Shown here one piece after another: positions 35,251 through 50,905 of a stretch of 64,000 nt of DNA (position 1 is the stretch's first letter; every line of letters starts with the position of its first letter). Origin of the DNA: Pseudogymnoascus verrucosus (Eukaryota); the NCBI GenBank assembly GCA_001662655.1, contig KV460207.1, one strand, 5' to 3'. The notes under the pieces are model-generated. The model was given only the letters and a program-made list of their open reading frames with translations, did not search any database and was not told the origin of the DNA. Made by a program: the position numbers and the translations under genes.

Positions 35251-38015
35251 TCAACCCTCACCAGTCCCCCAAGCCCCAACCTCCACCCCCACCTCACTCA
35301 AAACCACAACCTCCACCTCCTCCCCCCTCCCACCCCCCACCCTCTCCAGCACAACCCACAACCCCCCCCTCCCCCCCAACCCCGGCGTGAGATCAATATC
35401 CCCCACCCTCACCCCCGCCGGCGCATCACTAAACCCCCCTCCCCCCGACGTCGCAAGCACACTCTTATTCGGCCCCTGCCCCCTCTCCACCGACACCTTT
35501 AAGGGTGAAATCGCGCCCCGCTGAGCGGCGGGACAGGCGTGTTGTGCTACTATTCGCAGGCGCGTTATCCGGGATAGGGTGAGGGGGGCGAGCATGCGCG
35601 TTATGCCTTCGTGGAAGTAGAGGGGGGGGAGGTGGAGGGTTAGGCGGCCGGCGTCTTCGTTTTGGACTGGTGTTATGACGCAGGGTGTTGATGATTCAAC
35701 GCGCAATGTAAATTTCCCCGTCTGCCCGGACTCGAAGGTTGAGCAGACGATGGTGTAGTCACCCGCTGCGACGTTGGTGAGGTTTGCGAGGGCGCAGCTG
35801 CGGCGGTAGGACCCGGATTCCCCGACGATATCTTGGGATGTAACGGAGGTGACGCGCTGGCCGCGGCCCCAGACGAGTTTTACGTGGATGGCGAGGTCGG
35901 GGGGGGAGGCGGCGAGGATGATGGAGAGGGATGTTTGGGTGGGGAGGTGGAGTTTAAACTGTGGATTTGAGGCGTAGGTGGGGGAACTTGCGTTTCCGCC
36001 TGCGGTCTTGGGAGTCCACGCCCCTGCTGTGGTGGTGATGTGCGGATGCGCGTTTGGGGCGGGAGAAAGGGTGAGGGGCGTGCTGGAGTAGGCGGAGAGG
36101 GTGAATGTGTATTTGGGGAGGGGGAGGTCTTGGTGTGCTACTACGATGGTGTAGGGTGTGTTTGGGGGGAGGGAGAGTTTGGAGAGCGTTTGGGGAGAGT
36201 CGACGTAGGGGCCGCGGGAGAGGGGGGAGTCGCTTAGGTGGATGCGCTGGCCGCCTGCGTCGAAGATGTAGAGGCTTATGAAGCCGTGGGAGTTGGAGCC
36301 GGTGGTTGTGGTGGTGGGGGAGGGGAGGGTGGAGCTGGCGCGGTAGTTGTGCTCGGCGGTTGTGAAGTGCCGGCTTAGGAGGATCCAGACTGTGCCGCCG
36401 AGGGGGGAGTGGACGGAGTATTGGGGGTTGTGGACGAAGCAGCCGGGGGAGGGGGCGGTGGGGAGGGTCCAGTTGAAGTGGTGGTCTTGGCGGTGGGTGA
36501 AGAGGCCCGGGTTCCAGTTGAGGTAGAGGGAGTCGAAGTTGCGCATTACTTCGGGGTAGCTCATCCAGAATGTGCCGGGGTTTGTGGATGCTTTTGGGGC
36601 GACATTGGCAAATCCAAAGGCCTCTTGGTCAGCGTCGGATGGCTTCTGGTCCTCTGCCCCTTTCCAGACCATTGCATCGCACCATGGGTTTTTGAGCAAG
36701 AAAAGCTTCTCGTCCCCCTTTTCTTTGATATCCAATACCGCATAATCATGTTCGCCTGCGAGACCAAGCGCCTCTTCTTCGTTGTTATTCAAACGGCCGG
36801 TACCAAGAGTGACCATTACATCTCCTAATGCAAACGCATTCAAGATACGGCTCCATAGGTCGTTTGGCTGCAGCTCGTCACTAGTCAAGTTAGTCAAAGG
36901 CTTAAATGTAGAATAAGGATGTTATTACCTTTGCAAAAATATCTGCTCTGGGATCCAACTTGTAATTACCCATAGATCTGTGCCTGAATTACTCCCAGGA
37001 AAGTCATAGCCCCCTCTCACTTTCAGATATGCCTTTTCTAGCAGTGCTGGCCACAGTAGCCCTGGGTTTTGGCGGTCGAAAACGTATAATCTGCGCGAGT
37101 TCCTTGGTGCTGGAAGGCGATCATCGATGACTACCTTGCGGAAGCATCCGTTGAAATGCAAACGAAATATATACTTGCCGTTCTTTGACATTTCAGGGAT
37201 CCCATGAGCTTTGTTGTATGGGTAGAATATGCGCTCCAATAGCTATACAGTCTTAGTATGTGACAATTTGTCTGATAGGATTCATACCTTTCCATATGTG
37301 CCACCGGGCCGAGCTACAGCAGCACAAAGGCTGGCAACAACAGAACAGTCTGCTGTTACATCTTGTACAAGGTCAATATCAGCGGCTGCTTGCATCGTGG
37401 GCTGCTGGCGAGGGGAAGAAGCATCTCGAAGTTCGTCGCCTAACAGATCCTCGGGTCTTCGCCAGTCCCCTGGCTCATCAGCATGGGTATTTGATATGTT
37501 GATTTTTGATAGGTCCCTGCAGTAGTCAGATGGGAAGTAATATAATGGTAACAGGACACGCACGTATAAATCTCCCCATTTGGGGTAGCAAACTCCTGCC
37601 CATCAGGTTCTGATTTCCAAGGAGGGAAGATCAGCCCATGCAACTTTGAACCTTCTAGTAATATAACCTCTTCCCGCGTTGATAATTGTCGGCGGGATTG
37701 TGGCATTCCGGAGATTTCGCTGGGCGTTATCACAGCTCCAGTGTGGCTCATTGCTGGTTGCCATTGCTCTATTTTCTTGATTTCCTCTGCCCTCGCTAAG
37801 ATATTCATGCATTTCTCTTTCAGCCGCGCTCTTTCAGAGCTGTTATTTGCCAACTTTATAGCTTTCATATAGCACTCTGCCGCCGAGATAGCATTGGCAA
37901 GGGCATCTTCCTTGGTTCTCGACGACGAGATGCGTCCCTCGGCTTCCTACATAAGAATCTCAATGGCATGATCATGGAATATGCTGACTGTACATACCAG
38001 AGCTCGGGTCTCCAT
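35251..38015 (-). CDS. palB: Calpain-like protease PalB/RIM13 (ambient pH signalling), multi-exon
   Basis: N-terminal MIT-like helices. Catalytic QDVTADCSVVASL (Cys), HDYAVL (His) and KNPW (Asn), plus IDDRLP, WPALLEKAYLK and C-terminal domain III (TAGGN..NPQF). Confidence 0.93.
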
Positions 38016-38106
38016 TTCGACAGCCGCTTCGCTCAACTTTCAAAGCTTCAAGTCATGTCAGAAAGCATGCATTCCAACTGCATCCGCCAACAACTACATA
38101 TCAATG

Positions 38107-38126
38107 CACGTGACACAACACGTGAT
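38107..38126. promoter_or_regulatory. Tandem E-boxes CACGTGAC/CACGTGAT (RTCACGTG, Cbf1-type bHLH sites) in the palB-VTS1 divergent promoter
   Basis: Two CACGTG cores at 38107 and 38119, 12 bp apart, about 90 bp upstream of the palB ATG. Confidence 0.5.
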
Positions 38127-38817
38127 CGTTCAGCGAACAATGGACGAACGCTTAGCTAAGGAAGAATGTCGATACGAACGGTGCCTCGCTACCGACTACT
38201 TTGTTTTGTACCTGCCTCCAGCTCACGACCTGGCAACTCACCTTCCATTCTTTGATGAGCTGCAGTATACCGCAGGTCAGTCTGTTACGAGTTGGATTTT
38301 AGTCTTCTGGCTGTAAGTTCCCAAGATCCATATTCTAATCAAGCTAGAGGGTGCTCTGAGTCGGACAGGACCCTGTCTGATGCACAAAGCTGACCTGAAA
38401 CGAAGCTGACCTCGATAGTCCAGAGTAGTTGAGAACCTCCTTTGAAGTCAGCAGGCACTGCAGGAGATATTGTGGTAATTCTTCGATACTTCGATACCCA
38501 GTGTGATAGTCTTGGATTCTTCCTCGGACGGAACGGAACCCCATTCACGAATTACGATTGCATAAGCGCGTGCTTGCTTGCTCTACGACTTGACGTGCAA
38601 TTCTCACCACGACAACGCTTGGAACGCATGTCATACGGCCCCGATCTACATCCGGAGGCATCTATCAAAGGAGTTTTTTCTTCCAAATCTATTCCATCTC
38701 AACAGGTTTTGAAATATTAAGCCAGTCCTTCGAATTGAGCCTCGTTTCGAATCTCAAACAGCTAGTGCCTGCATTTCGACGTCGTTAAACCTGGTCGTGG
38801 CAAGTCCACACCAAAGT

Positions 38818-40779
38818 ATGATGAATATGTCTACAGGTCATACAATGAGCAACCGTAACAGCACCCCCGAGCCTAGCAGCACATCTACGTTGCGTCCTCC
38901 CATCGGGACAGGGCACCATCTTCGTCAATCCGCAGACATGTCTGCGTTCCCGACTTCGCCGTCTACGAACCGTATTAGGCCATCGTCGGACTTCTATGGC
39001 CAAACGCATCAGTTGCAGGGACAAGACAATCCAGAGACCGAAGCTGCCAACAAACTTACCCAGCAATGGATTGCCGATATTGATCAGTATGAGACAACAC
39101 TGGAAGAGATGGCTGCTGCAACCCTCGATCAGGACTTCAAAGATGAACTCAGCGCCATCGAACAATGGTTCAAGGTGCTGAGCGAGTCCGAGAGAACGGC
39201 TGCCTTGTATGCCCTCCTCCAGCAAACCACACAGGTTCAGATCCGATTTTTCATTCAGGTTTTGCAACAGATGGGAAAGAACCATCCCATGTCCGGTGTT
39301 CTGTCTCCAGCCAACTTTGACAAAGGTATGTAACACAGCCCTTCTCACCTAGCCATTCTAACATTTTTACTCTAGATCCGATGTCCAACCGCCTGAGCGA
39401 TGCAATGAACAAGCTTAGTGTGGAGGGTTCGAGAAACTCGTTTTCTCGCCCATCTGCATCCGCTACAATGAAGAGACACTCTGGTCTCGACCAGGACAGG
39501 ATCAATGCCATGTTCCCAGATGCAGTTGCTGCAATTGCTACGGAGAAGGCCAAATTCACCCAGCAGACTGGAAACCCACCGACATCCAACAGGAACAGTG
39601 CGGTGTTCGATACACGCGCATCTCTGGCTGCTCCATCTATTTCTACCCCAGCTGGCAATGGGGGGGAGAATAATACTCAACCTCCTCTTTCTCCTTGGGG
39701 CCCACGAAGCAGCTCTGATCAGTCGGCCAACGCAAGACCCAAGTCTTCATCTGGCGTCCCACCAATGGGGCAGTTTATGCAGCCTCCGCCTTCCGCGGGG
39801 CTTCGATCCCCACGCATTCAGAGCTCGTCAAACTTGCAGAACTCCACGATCAATATCCCTGACCATCAAACCTCAGACCTGCCTTTGCTTTCCCCGTACA
39901 ATGCTGGAAACGGCAACTGGGCATCCATGGTTAACACGCCTATGACTTCGACTTTCAACCACGCGGCGAATAATAGTCAGGCTGATATGATCGCCAACGC
40001 TACTGCGATGAAGCTCGCTGCACTCTCTACCGTAAACAACCGATTCGCCCTTGATGATGTTCGCAAGTACCGCCGAGCAAGGTCCAACGATGGCCATGCG
40101 ATCAATAACCAAGGCCCATTGTCTCCAGGTCTCCCAGGCGTTGCCAATGCCAACGTTGTCATGGTTAACGAGCATGGGCAGATACTGAACAGGGATCAGA
40201 TCCTCGCTCTTCAAGGCCAGCAGAACTCCGCATTTGGTGGTTCCAGGTCTCGCCCAAGTTCTCCTGGTCTTGCTATGCACGGTGCTGGCGGATTTTCTCA
40301 CATGGGTTTTGCATCTCCGCAAAACAATGGCTTCTTGTCTGCTTATGATGGCAACTCTCCTCTTATGAACAATGGGATGGGAGGTCTTAACCTCAACCAG
40401 TTTGGTATGGGTGGTAGTCACGAGGGCTATCTTTCCGACCATTCCGACATGGCCAGAGGCCGCTCCCCACGTGGAAGGCGTGGCAGCTCAAAGCCTCCGG
40501 AGGACCCCACTGACCCAAGTCTGCTGCAAGACATTCCGAGTTGGCTGAGGAGCTTGCGTCTTCACAAATACACAGACAACTTGAAGGACATGAACTGGAC
40601 GGAGCTGGTGGAACTTGATGATAAGGCTCTTGAGGACAGGGGAGTTAATGCTCTTGGTGCAAGGAGGAAGATGCTGAAGGTTTTTGAGCAAGTGAAGGGT
40701 TCGTGGTCATTCTAATCTTGTGATCGAATTTCTTACTAACTACCGAATAGAAGCCAAGGCGGAAGGCAAACTTGCCTGA
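38818..40779 (+). CDS. VTS1: RNA-binding SAM-domain protein VTS1 (Smaug homologue), introns about 39326-39376 and 40699-40750
   Basis: [36 protein letters not shown] and SAM domain [18 protein letters not shown]...[15 protein letters not shown]. Confidence 0.93.
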
Positions 40780-41358
40780 AGAAGTACAGTTTCTATGCTA
40801 GGATATTGCGGATAGAACAGTACTTTGAACTATGGTTGGGGTTTCTAATTTATTTGAATTCAGGATTTGGTGGCAGTGGACTAGGAAAACAATGTTGGAT
40901 TATCAGGAGAAGGCGATACAAGCTTTATATTTTCCAAACCGGTGTGGTTTGAGATTGTTAGTGTATACGGGGCTATGTACTTTAACATGGCAAATTACTT
41001 TAGCTATACCTAATTTCCTATGTACTATCTGAACCCATTGATTCGAAAGTGATTCCACTATTGTACGTAGGATATCCCAACAAAGCTTGTAGGCTCGGTC
41101 AAGTTTAATTATGGACTTGGCATAAGTCGCCGACTTGGTGGAAAATGCTTGTGGAATATGTGGGGGATAGCGATAAGATAAGCCTTTCAGATAAGGATTT
41201 ATTGTACTGACGTCTCGTCTCATATCCCTCGGTGCTCTCGGTGCTGCAATTCTTCACGATCACACTTCCACCAACATAACTGCTCAGCCTGCAATCTCAC
41301 GCCAAATGGATGGCATCATTCAATAAAGATGCTACAATGATAATGAATACCGATACAA

Positions 41359-44300
41359 ATGGACGGAATCGACGAAGACGCTGGCAGGGGCCAGCACTCT
41401 GGCGGCCTTCCCAGAAGTCAATATCCAGAGCCTCATGAAACTCCAACCTTTGCATGGTCTGGCCAAAACGTCGACCACAATGGCGGTTCTCATCCCGAGC
41501 AACAATTTCCGCTGAGGGATAATCAGTACCATGATGATTCTGCCGAGTAAGCGATGCCTCTCGAAGGATGCGAGCCTTTTCTTACGATTCTTAGGGACGA
41601 GGAACTACTTTCAGATGCAGATTCCGATTACCTGGATCTGAAAACTAATATTGCCAAACTAGAGGATTCTGTTCGTAAATTTAGACGGGAACAAAGAGAT
41701 GAAAGTGCCGACGAAGATGAAGAGAGCCCGGATGAAACGCGCACGCGACGGAAAGGGCGCGACATCAAGGGACGTGTTATTACCAGAGGTCCACGCAAAG
41801 CGGCCGTCCCCACTGGCGACATTCGAGCCCGCATGGGTAGGGCATCCCAAGCTTTCATTGAAGAAAACTATGAAGAAGCAAAGCAGCTCGTCGAAGAAGT
41901 TATTCGAATCAATGCCGAGACACACGAGGCGTGGACCTTGTTGGCGTCGATATTCAGAGAGCTGGGGGATATAGATAAAACTCTTCTGGCTCTTATATAT
42001 GCGGCCCATCTAAGGCCAAAGGATGCAACCCAGTGGTTGAGTGCCGCAAGATTTGCCTTGGAAGAAACAGGGGATCATAGGAGCAAAAATCTCCCTTCGG
42101 CCAAGTTCTGTTTCTCGTCTGCCATTCGCGCAAACCCGAAGAATGACTTCGAAGCTCGATGTGGCAAGGCAGAAGTGTTGCGTGAAATGGGGAGCACCAG
42201 CGCTGCCATCGTTGAGTACAGGCATATTCTGAAGCAAAGGCCACACGACACCAGCATTTTGAGGCTCATCTCCGAGGCGTATATTGATAAAGATAATGTC
42301 AAGGCGGCCTTGAATCTTTACAGTCAGGCCATAGACTTCTACAAAGCCTCGGATAGCCAGCCTGGCGAGAAGTTTACCTGGTCAGACGTTAATATTTATG
42401 TTGAGTTGCACGCCTACCTCGGCCAATATGTCGATGCAGTCAAGGAGCTTAAATCACTATCACGGTGGATACTGGGTCGTGAATCCGAGTTGTACTGGGA
42501 TGATGTACTGGAAGATGATCGCGAATGGGACTCCGATGATAATCGGAGGGTGCTACACCCCAGCTTCTGTCAAGGAAAATACGGCCTGCACCAGTATGGT
42601 GATGGTCTTCCTATGGAACTTCGTGTGAAACTCGGATTATACCGCCTCAGATTAGGTTTCCATGCCGAAGCACTTGTATGTATATTCCAACAATGACGGA
42701 GAGTATCAAGCTAATTATTATAGTCTCATCTTCACTGGCTTGGTCCAGAGAACGAATATTTTGCGGACCGAGTGCTTGACTATCCAGATCTTTTCCACGA
42801 ATCAGCTGATAGTCTCTATCAAGCCGGCCTACCCGAAGAAGCCCTTGTGTTTTATCGAGCATTGAGAGCCGTTTCGAGTCAAGAAGACGCAAATCTTTAT
42901 TTGCAGATGGGCAAGTGCTACTTGAACGGAAAGCGTAACAGGGAAGCCGAGGAGAGCTTCCAGCATGCCATTATCCTGGATCAAGACAACATTGACGCCC
43001 GCGTACACCTAGCCAAACTGTACGAAGAGCTCAACGAGCAGGAACAAGCATTCATTTACGTGAACGAAATCATGAATCTAAGAAGACTGCAGAACTCGAA
43101 AAAGAAACAGCAGAAGTCACAGCAGGATATAACACAGGATAACGATACTCTAATGCCGACTGTGACTCGCACAAGATCGTACTACAAACCTAAACGGCTG
43201 GTCAATTTAGAAGAACGACAAAGGCAAGAGCAGGCTGCTTCAGATCGACTACAGGAGCAGTATTCTGTGATGCGGTTGGAGCGAGATGCCATGCGTGCTG
43301 GCGACGAGGGAGCGACGCTAGCTTGGATGGAGGCAGCAGCAGACCTTATTGACGACTTCAGGGGCTTCAAGACATTTTACCCCTGGGACAAATATGTTAG
43401 GTTCTTGGGCTATACAGTAGGCCCAGCTCGCGGACAGCCTCAGACAGGAGCAACACCCCTGGATGCGGATCTTGCTGAGATGGCTAATCGAATCTCGTTC
43501 AGTAAGTTTTGTGCAAAAGGGAGAATATTACATACTAACAGCATCTAGAACTTGGAGCAGACGTCGACAGCAGGAATAATGTGGCGGTGGAGATACCGGA
43601 GAATTATCGAGGCATACCCTTTTCGGCATGGCTTGACATATTTCTTGACTACGCGCTGTGTCTTGTAAGATATGGTAAGCATCAAGAGGCATATGAAATT
43701 TGTGAGGCAGCAAAAGATGCAGTCGTATTCTATCACTCGAGGGAGGATATGTTTTTAATCCACGTCTGTTGGTGTGGTATGCAACTATCCCCAAGCCCTC
43801 CAAATTCTCTCGCTGACGATATCCGAAGCTTGTGCAGTTCTTGCAAATGATGAAGAAACCTGCGTAACGGCATGTAGATACTTCATGAAAGATTATCAGT
43901 TTACGACCGATACGTACAGAATGTTCGCGGCATTGACAAGGCTATGCCAGTCACCAATATCTTGGTACAGCTCTGGACCGACACAGAAATATATGCTCAG
44001 GCAAATTAAAGCTATGGACTATGGTCTTGTCAACGACGATGCACGCCGAAAATTCTTTTCTGAGAAAGGCTCCTACTCGGCCCAGGACGAGTCCGGCCGC
44101 TTGATAGTCAATAAGGACATGGATATTGCACTGCTTATGGTGTATGGCCATATATTATACACTGGGACGAGTTACGCGTATGCCCTTAGTAAGTTTACGG
44201 CTACTGGCTTGAGAAACTCCGTTCGTACTAACGAGGCTAGATTATTTCTTCAGAGCATACGCCTTGGACCCTGAAAACCCTATGATAAAGCTTAGCATTG

Positions 44301-44644
44301 GCCTTGGTTACGTCCATCATGGCCTGAAGCGCCAGTCAGAAAACCGGCAGTTCCAGATAATGCAGGGAATGACCTTCCTTCTTGATTATTACAAGACTCG
44401 CAGAGCCTCAGATAAAGCCGAGGAACGCCAAGAAGTGAGTTACAACGTCGCGAGAACGTATCAAATGGTTGGACTCTCACATCTTGCCTTGCCCTACTAT
44501 CAAGAGATACTTGACGAGGCCCAGTCCTCAGAAACCAAGGAAGACCTGGTTTTAGATGCTGCCTTTAACCTGCAAACCATGTATTCGATGAGTGGAAACA
44601 TGAGAATGGCCGACTACATAACCTCTACTTGGCTACAAATGTAG
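41359..44644 (+). CDS. TFC4: TFIIIC TPR subunit Tfc4 (tau131), about 5 exons
   Basis: TPR arrays (ASQAFIEENYEEAKQLVEEVIRINAETHEAWTLLASIF..AAHLRPKD) and C-terminal RQSENRQFQIMQGMTFL..YNVARTYQMVGLSHLA. The exact start is uncertain. Confidence 0.85.
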
Positions 44645-45439
44645 CACTTAATTATCTACCATAGCCTCAAATGAATAAAGGTTAATCTTCTACAGTAAGA
44701 TCTAGATTGTGACTATTGAATTGATCGAAATGATGGTAAGTAAATAGTGTTGTGGTAGCACGTAATCACTCAGTGAAGCCGATTATCAACAGTTTGTGTT
44801 CATCAAACAACATCAGGCACGCGGTTTTGCACAACATATATTTATTCCATTCAAGTATATAGAACTATGGATTCTTCAATAATCTAAGGAAAGAAAATGC
44901 CATAATCCAATGTGATTGTGTATGTAACCTCAGCTGATTCCCATATTTTCAAGGAGGTCGGAACGACTTCTCAAAGCTAGGCGCCCAGCAACGGGTAGAA
45001 AAATGATCTCCGCACAGCGCGAAAACAACCTCGTCGACTGTGACAACAAGGCTGCCGTTAAGTAATGTTTTTGAAGCTGGCGTTAGTTTAGAAAGAAGAG
45101 AAAGGAAAGGAAAATTCAAAAGGGCAATAAATAGTTGTGACCGTGCACAGCCGAGGGATGGATACGTCCGAAGCTAAACTACTTTTGTCATAGCGCGTCG
45201 TTCGACTACCAAGCCAGATCTGGCCCTTGCGTAAACTTGCGGGCAAGCTGTCATTCTGGTGAACGAAGCATATCTATCCCCACGTAACAACAACTTCCTC
45301 CCAAGGAACCAACTTGGCACCGGGTGCACTGCAACTCTTATACCTCGTTCGCGTCATATATTCTAGTCAACTCTGCCATTAGGGCTTCCCTTGGACAAGG
45401 CCTTCCGATACAGAGGGAGAGCTGTGCACAAAAGCCAAA

Positions 45440-48070
<2,631 letters not shown>

Positions 48071-48524
48071 GAAAGCATAGATGGCATGAGAGGGAGGCAG
48101 GCTGAGGGAATTAGATTATCCGTTTCGGCGACTACTGGCGACATCAAAATCGATTCTGTAGTAACTGAAGAATTGCAAACCAAAGATTAGTCAAATAGGA
48201 AATATAATGGGAATCATCAATGTTCATTGTTGAAGCGTTTGTGCTTGTGCGCCCCAGCCCAAATGTCTGAGAGACAGTGTAGGCAGGAATTGATACTGTA
48301 ATTCTCACTGCTAACTTCCTTTCTTGTTCTTCAATTTATGAGTATAGTAGAGGTGCAGCTGGTGACCCGGAATATTCAACGTATTGTAGTTAGAATCACT
48401 AGAGGTTGAGGCTTCATTTTCCTGTCATAGATTGGTTCCATTCGCACTCATAACCGTCAATGAGATCAGGGTCTTGGCATGAGTACTCGAGTACTTGTGA
48501 TATTCGCCTATTCCCAACTTAGTC

Positions 48525-48624
48525 TAGCCCTGCATTCGGAAGCGTGGCCTGACTTCGAAATTTGTTGCTGCCCCAGGCATCAGTCGATCGCTTATTCTAC
48601 TCTAGCGCAGCCCACAAACCCTAA
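48525..48624 (+). promoter_or_regulatory. Putative Tbf1/telobox-like ribosomal-protein promoter elements (TAGCCCT at 48525, AAACCCTAA at 48616)
   Basis: CCCTA-type motifs 80-180 bp upstream of the RPL17 ATG. Motif match only. Confidence 0.4.
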
Positions 48625-48704
48625 CAACCAAAACTTTCGAGTGAGAAGACGACGACGACTATCAAGAAACCACCAGTAACGACCCATCGCCCAACGACGA
48701 CACG

Positions 48705-49597
48705 ATGGTAAGCCCATTCCATTCCGAAACCCGACTGCCTTCAATCTCCAGAGTCCTCTCTGTTCTACACGCAACTCTCCCGCTCTCGACAAATCCGTTT
48801 CAAGGCGGGAGAAGACAAATGGCGAGAGAAAGAAATACACAGACGGATGGGCAATTGAGACATGATCACGAACATCGCTGACCACCGTCCCTACAGGTTC
48901 GATACGCAGCCACCGAAATCCACCCGGCGAAGTCGGCTCGCGCGCGCGGAGCATACCTCCGTGTGTCCTTCAAGAACACCCGCGAGACCGCCCAGGCCAT
49001 CAATGGCTGGAAGCTCGAGCGTGCCGTGAAGTTCCTCGAGAACGTCCAGGAGCACAAGGAGGCTGTTGCCATGAGGAGGTTCGCCGGCGGAACCGGTCGC
49101 GCTGCCCAGGGTACGTTATTATTATGATCCCCTCTGGCAGTTATTTTTGCTGCAGGGATTTTTGCGCAACATGGACACAGGGACTGATTTATTGAATAGG
49201 CAAGGCTTTCGGTGTCACCCGCGCCCGCTGGCCCGTCAAGTCGGCTGAGTTCCTTCTCGGTCTCCTTAAGAACGCTGAGGCCAACGCCGATACCAAGGGT
49301 CTCGATACCGGTAACCTCGTCGTGAAGCACATCCAGGTCAACCAGGCACCAAAGCAGCGCCGCCGCACATACCGTGCACACGGTCGCGTAAGTAACCACC
49401 TACCTACCTACCCGCAGCAATGAGACTGACTGGAGTTTTAGATCAACCCATACATGTCGAACCCCTGCCACATCGAGTTGATCCTTACCGAGAGCGAGGA
49501 GGTTGTGGCCAAGGGAGAGGCCGTCGAGGGACGCGAGCTGCACTTGAGCTCGAGACAGCGTGGTGCCCGCCAACGCGCCGCCATCACCGCTGCTTAA
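48705..49597 (+). CDS. RPL17: 60S ribosomal protein L17 (uL22), 4 exons; the first exon is the ATG only
   Basis: [38 protein letters not shown]...[41 protein letters not shown]. Confidence 0.97.
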
Positions 49598-50596
49598 GTT
49601 AGAGTAGTAGAAAAGAGAATTTTTTGCTAAAGAACGGGGCTGGGATTGTGTTGTGAGTGAGGCGCAATGACTTGGGCTGGGTGCGTTCCAGATCAAAGGT
49701 CTGTGTACTTCAGTAGCATATGGCAGGGTATTGGTCACGCATGATGAGCTCGTTTTGTTACTCTTTTGTGTGTGTGTGTGTTTTGTGATGGTGATTGATG
49801 TGATTGTGATTTGTGACTTGTTGGTTTGCCGCCTTTGCCATGCAGATGCAGGGGATGTATCCCATGGTCAATACAGACCGGTTCGAGCAAGAGACGGTTC
49901 AGGAATTGCTGTATGACCTTCTATAGGAATACAAATCGGCAGCTAGGAGAAGGTAAGAACAAAATTATTCCTTATTCCAAGGTACCATATCCACGCACCT
50001 GAATGATTCGAGCCCAACAACCGATTCTCCCAAGTTAGGTATTCCAAGGTAAAGTATTCTTCAGTCGTTTCTCATGAGTCTTAAGTATCGTCAAGATAAG
50101 TATTCTTCAATCCCTTCACATAAGTCCCAAATATTCCAACATAAAATACTCTTTCTTTCCTATACACATTTATACCAACCACACCCACCTCCACATCCCC
50201 AATCACCCCCTCCCCCATCCCCCAGCCTTCTCCCCATCCCTCTCATGCATCCCGCCTCCCGCCTCCCGCCTCCCGCCTGCCTTCTTCACACACCTGAATC
50301 ATACATACATACGCACCCATCACCTCCTCAACCCATGTCCTGACGTGCTCAGCGACAAACCCACTCCCCAGCGGTGATTTGACCTCGCTAGAGGCCTCCT
50401 CGCAGATTAGCTCACTGGCGCAGACGCATGTTGCAATTTGTTAGAGGGATGACTACGCCACACGCGAGCAGATTGTGTGGTGGTACGAGATGTGGGAGCG
50501 GGAAAGGCCGAAGTTGTCATCGTGGGGGGAGGGGTAGTGGGTTTTGATGGGAAGGGGGTTGTTGAGGGCAGGGAGGGTTGTCACGGGATGGGGGTG

Positions 50597-50662
50597 TTAT
50601 TGAAGGCAGAGATACCACAGGATGGGATATTATTGAAAGCAGAGATATCACAGGATAGGATA
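50597..50662. repeat. 33-bp tandem duplication, with a degenerate third copy just upstream
   Basis: ttattgaaggcagagataccacaggatgggata / ttattgaaagcagagatatcacaggataggata; 3 differences, all transitions. Confidence 0.85.
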
Positions 50663-50905
50663 GTCATAATGAAAAAAGATTAATCTCAACGCAGACAAGA
50701 GTGTAGAATTTATTCCGCTGGCTAACCATCAATATCCCCCAAACCCAAAACGCCCCCATCTACCCCATCCCTATCGCCATCTAAACCGCTCTCAAAAACA
50801 AGGCATCTCATCAAAGACACCCCCCCAACAACGCCATCTAACACGCCATCATCTATTCCAACCCCCATACCCCATCCCTCAAACCATCTAAACCCTCCGT
50901 CACCA

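Noticed and set aside
49845..50016. tRNA or Pol III gene suggested by GGTTCGAGC and a reverse GGCTCGAATC
   Set aside because: No cloverleaf, acceptor stem or proper A-box.
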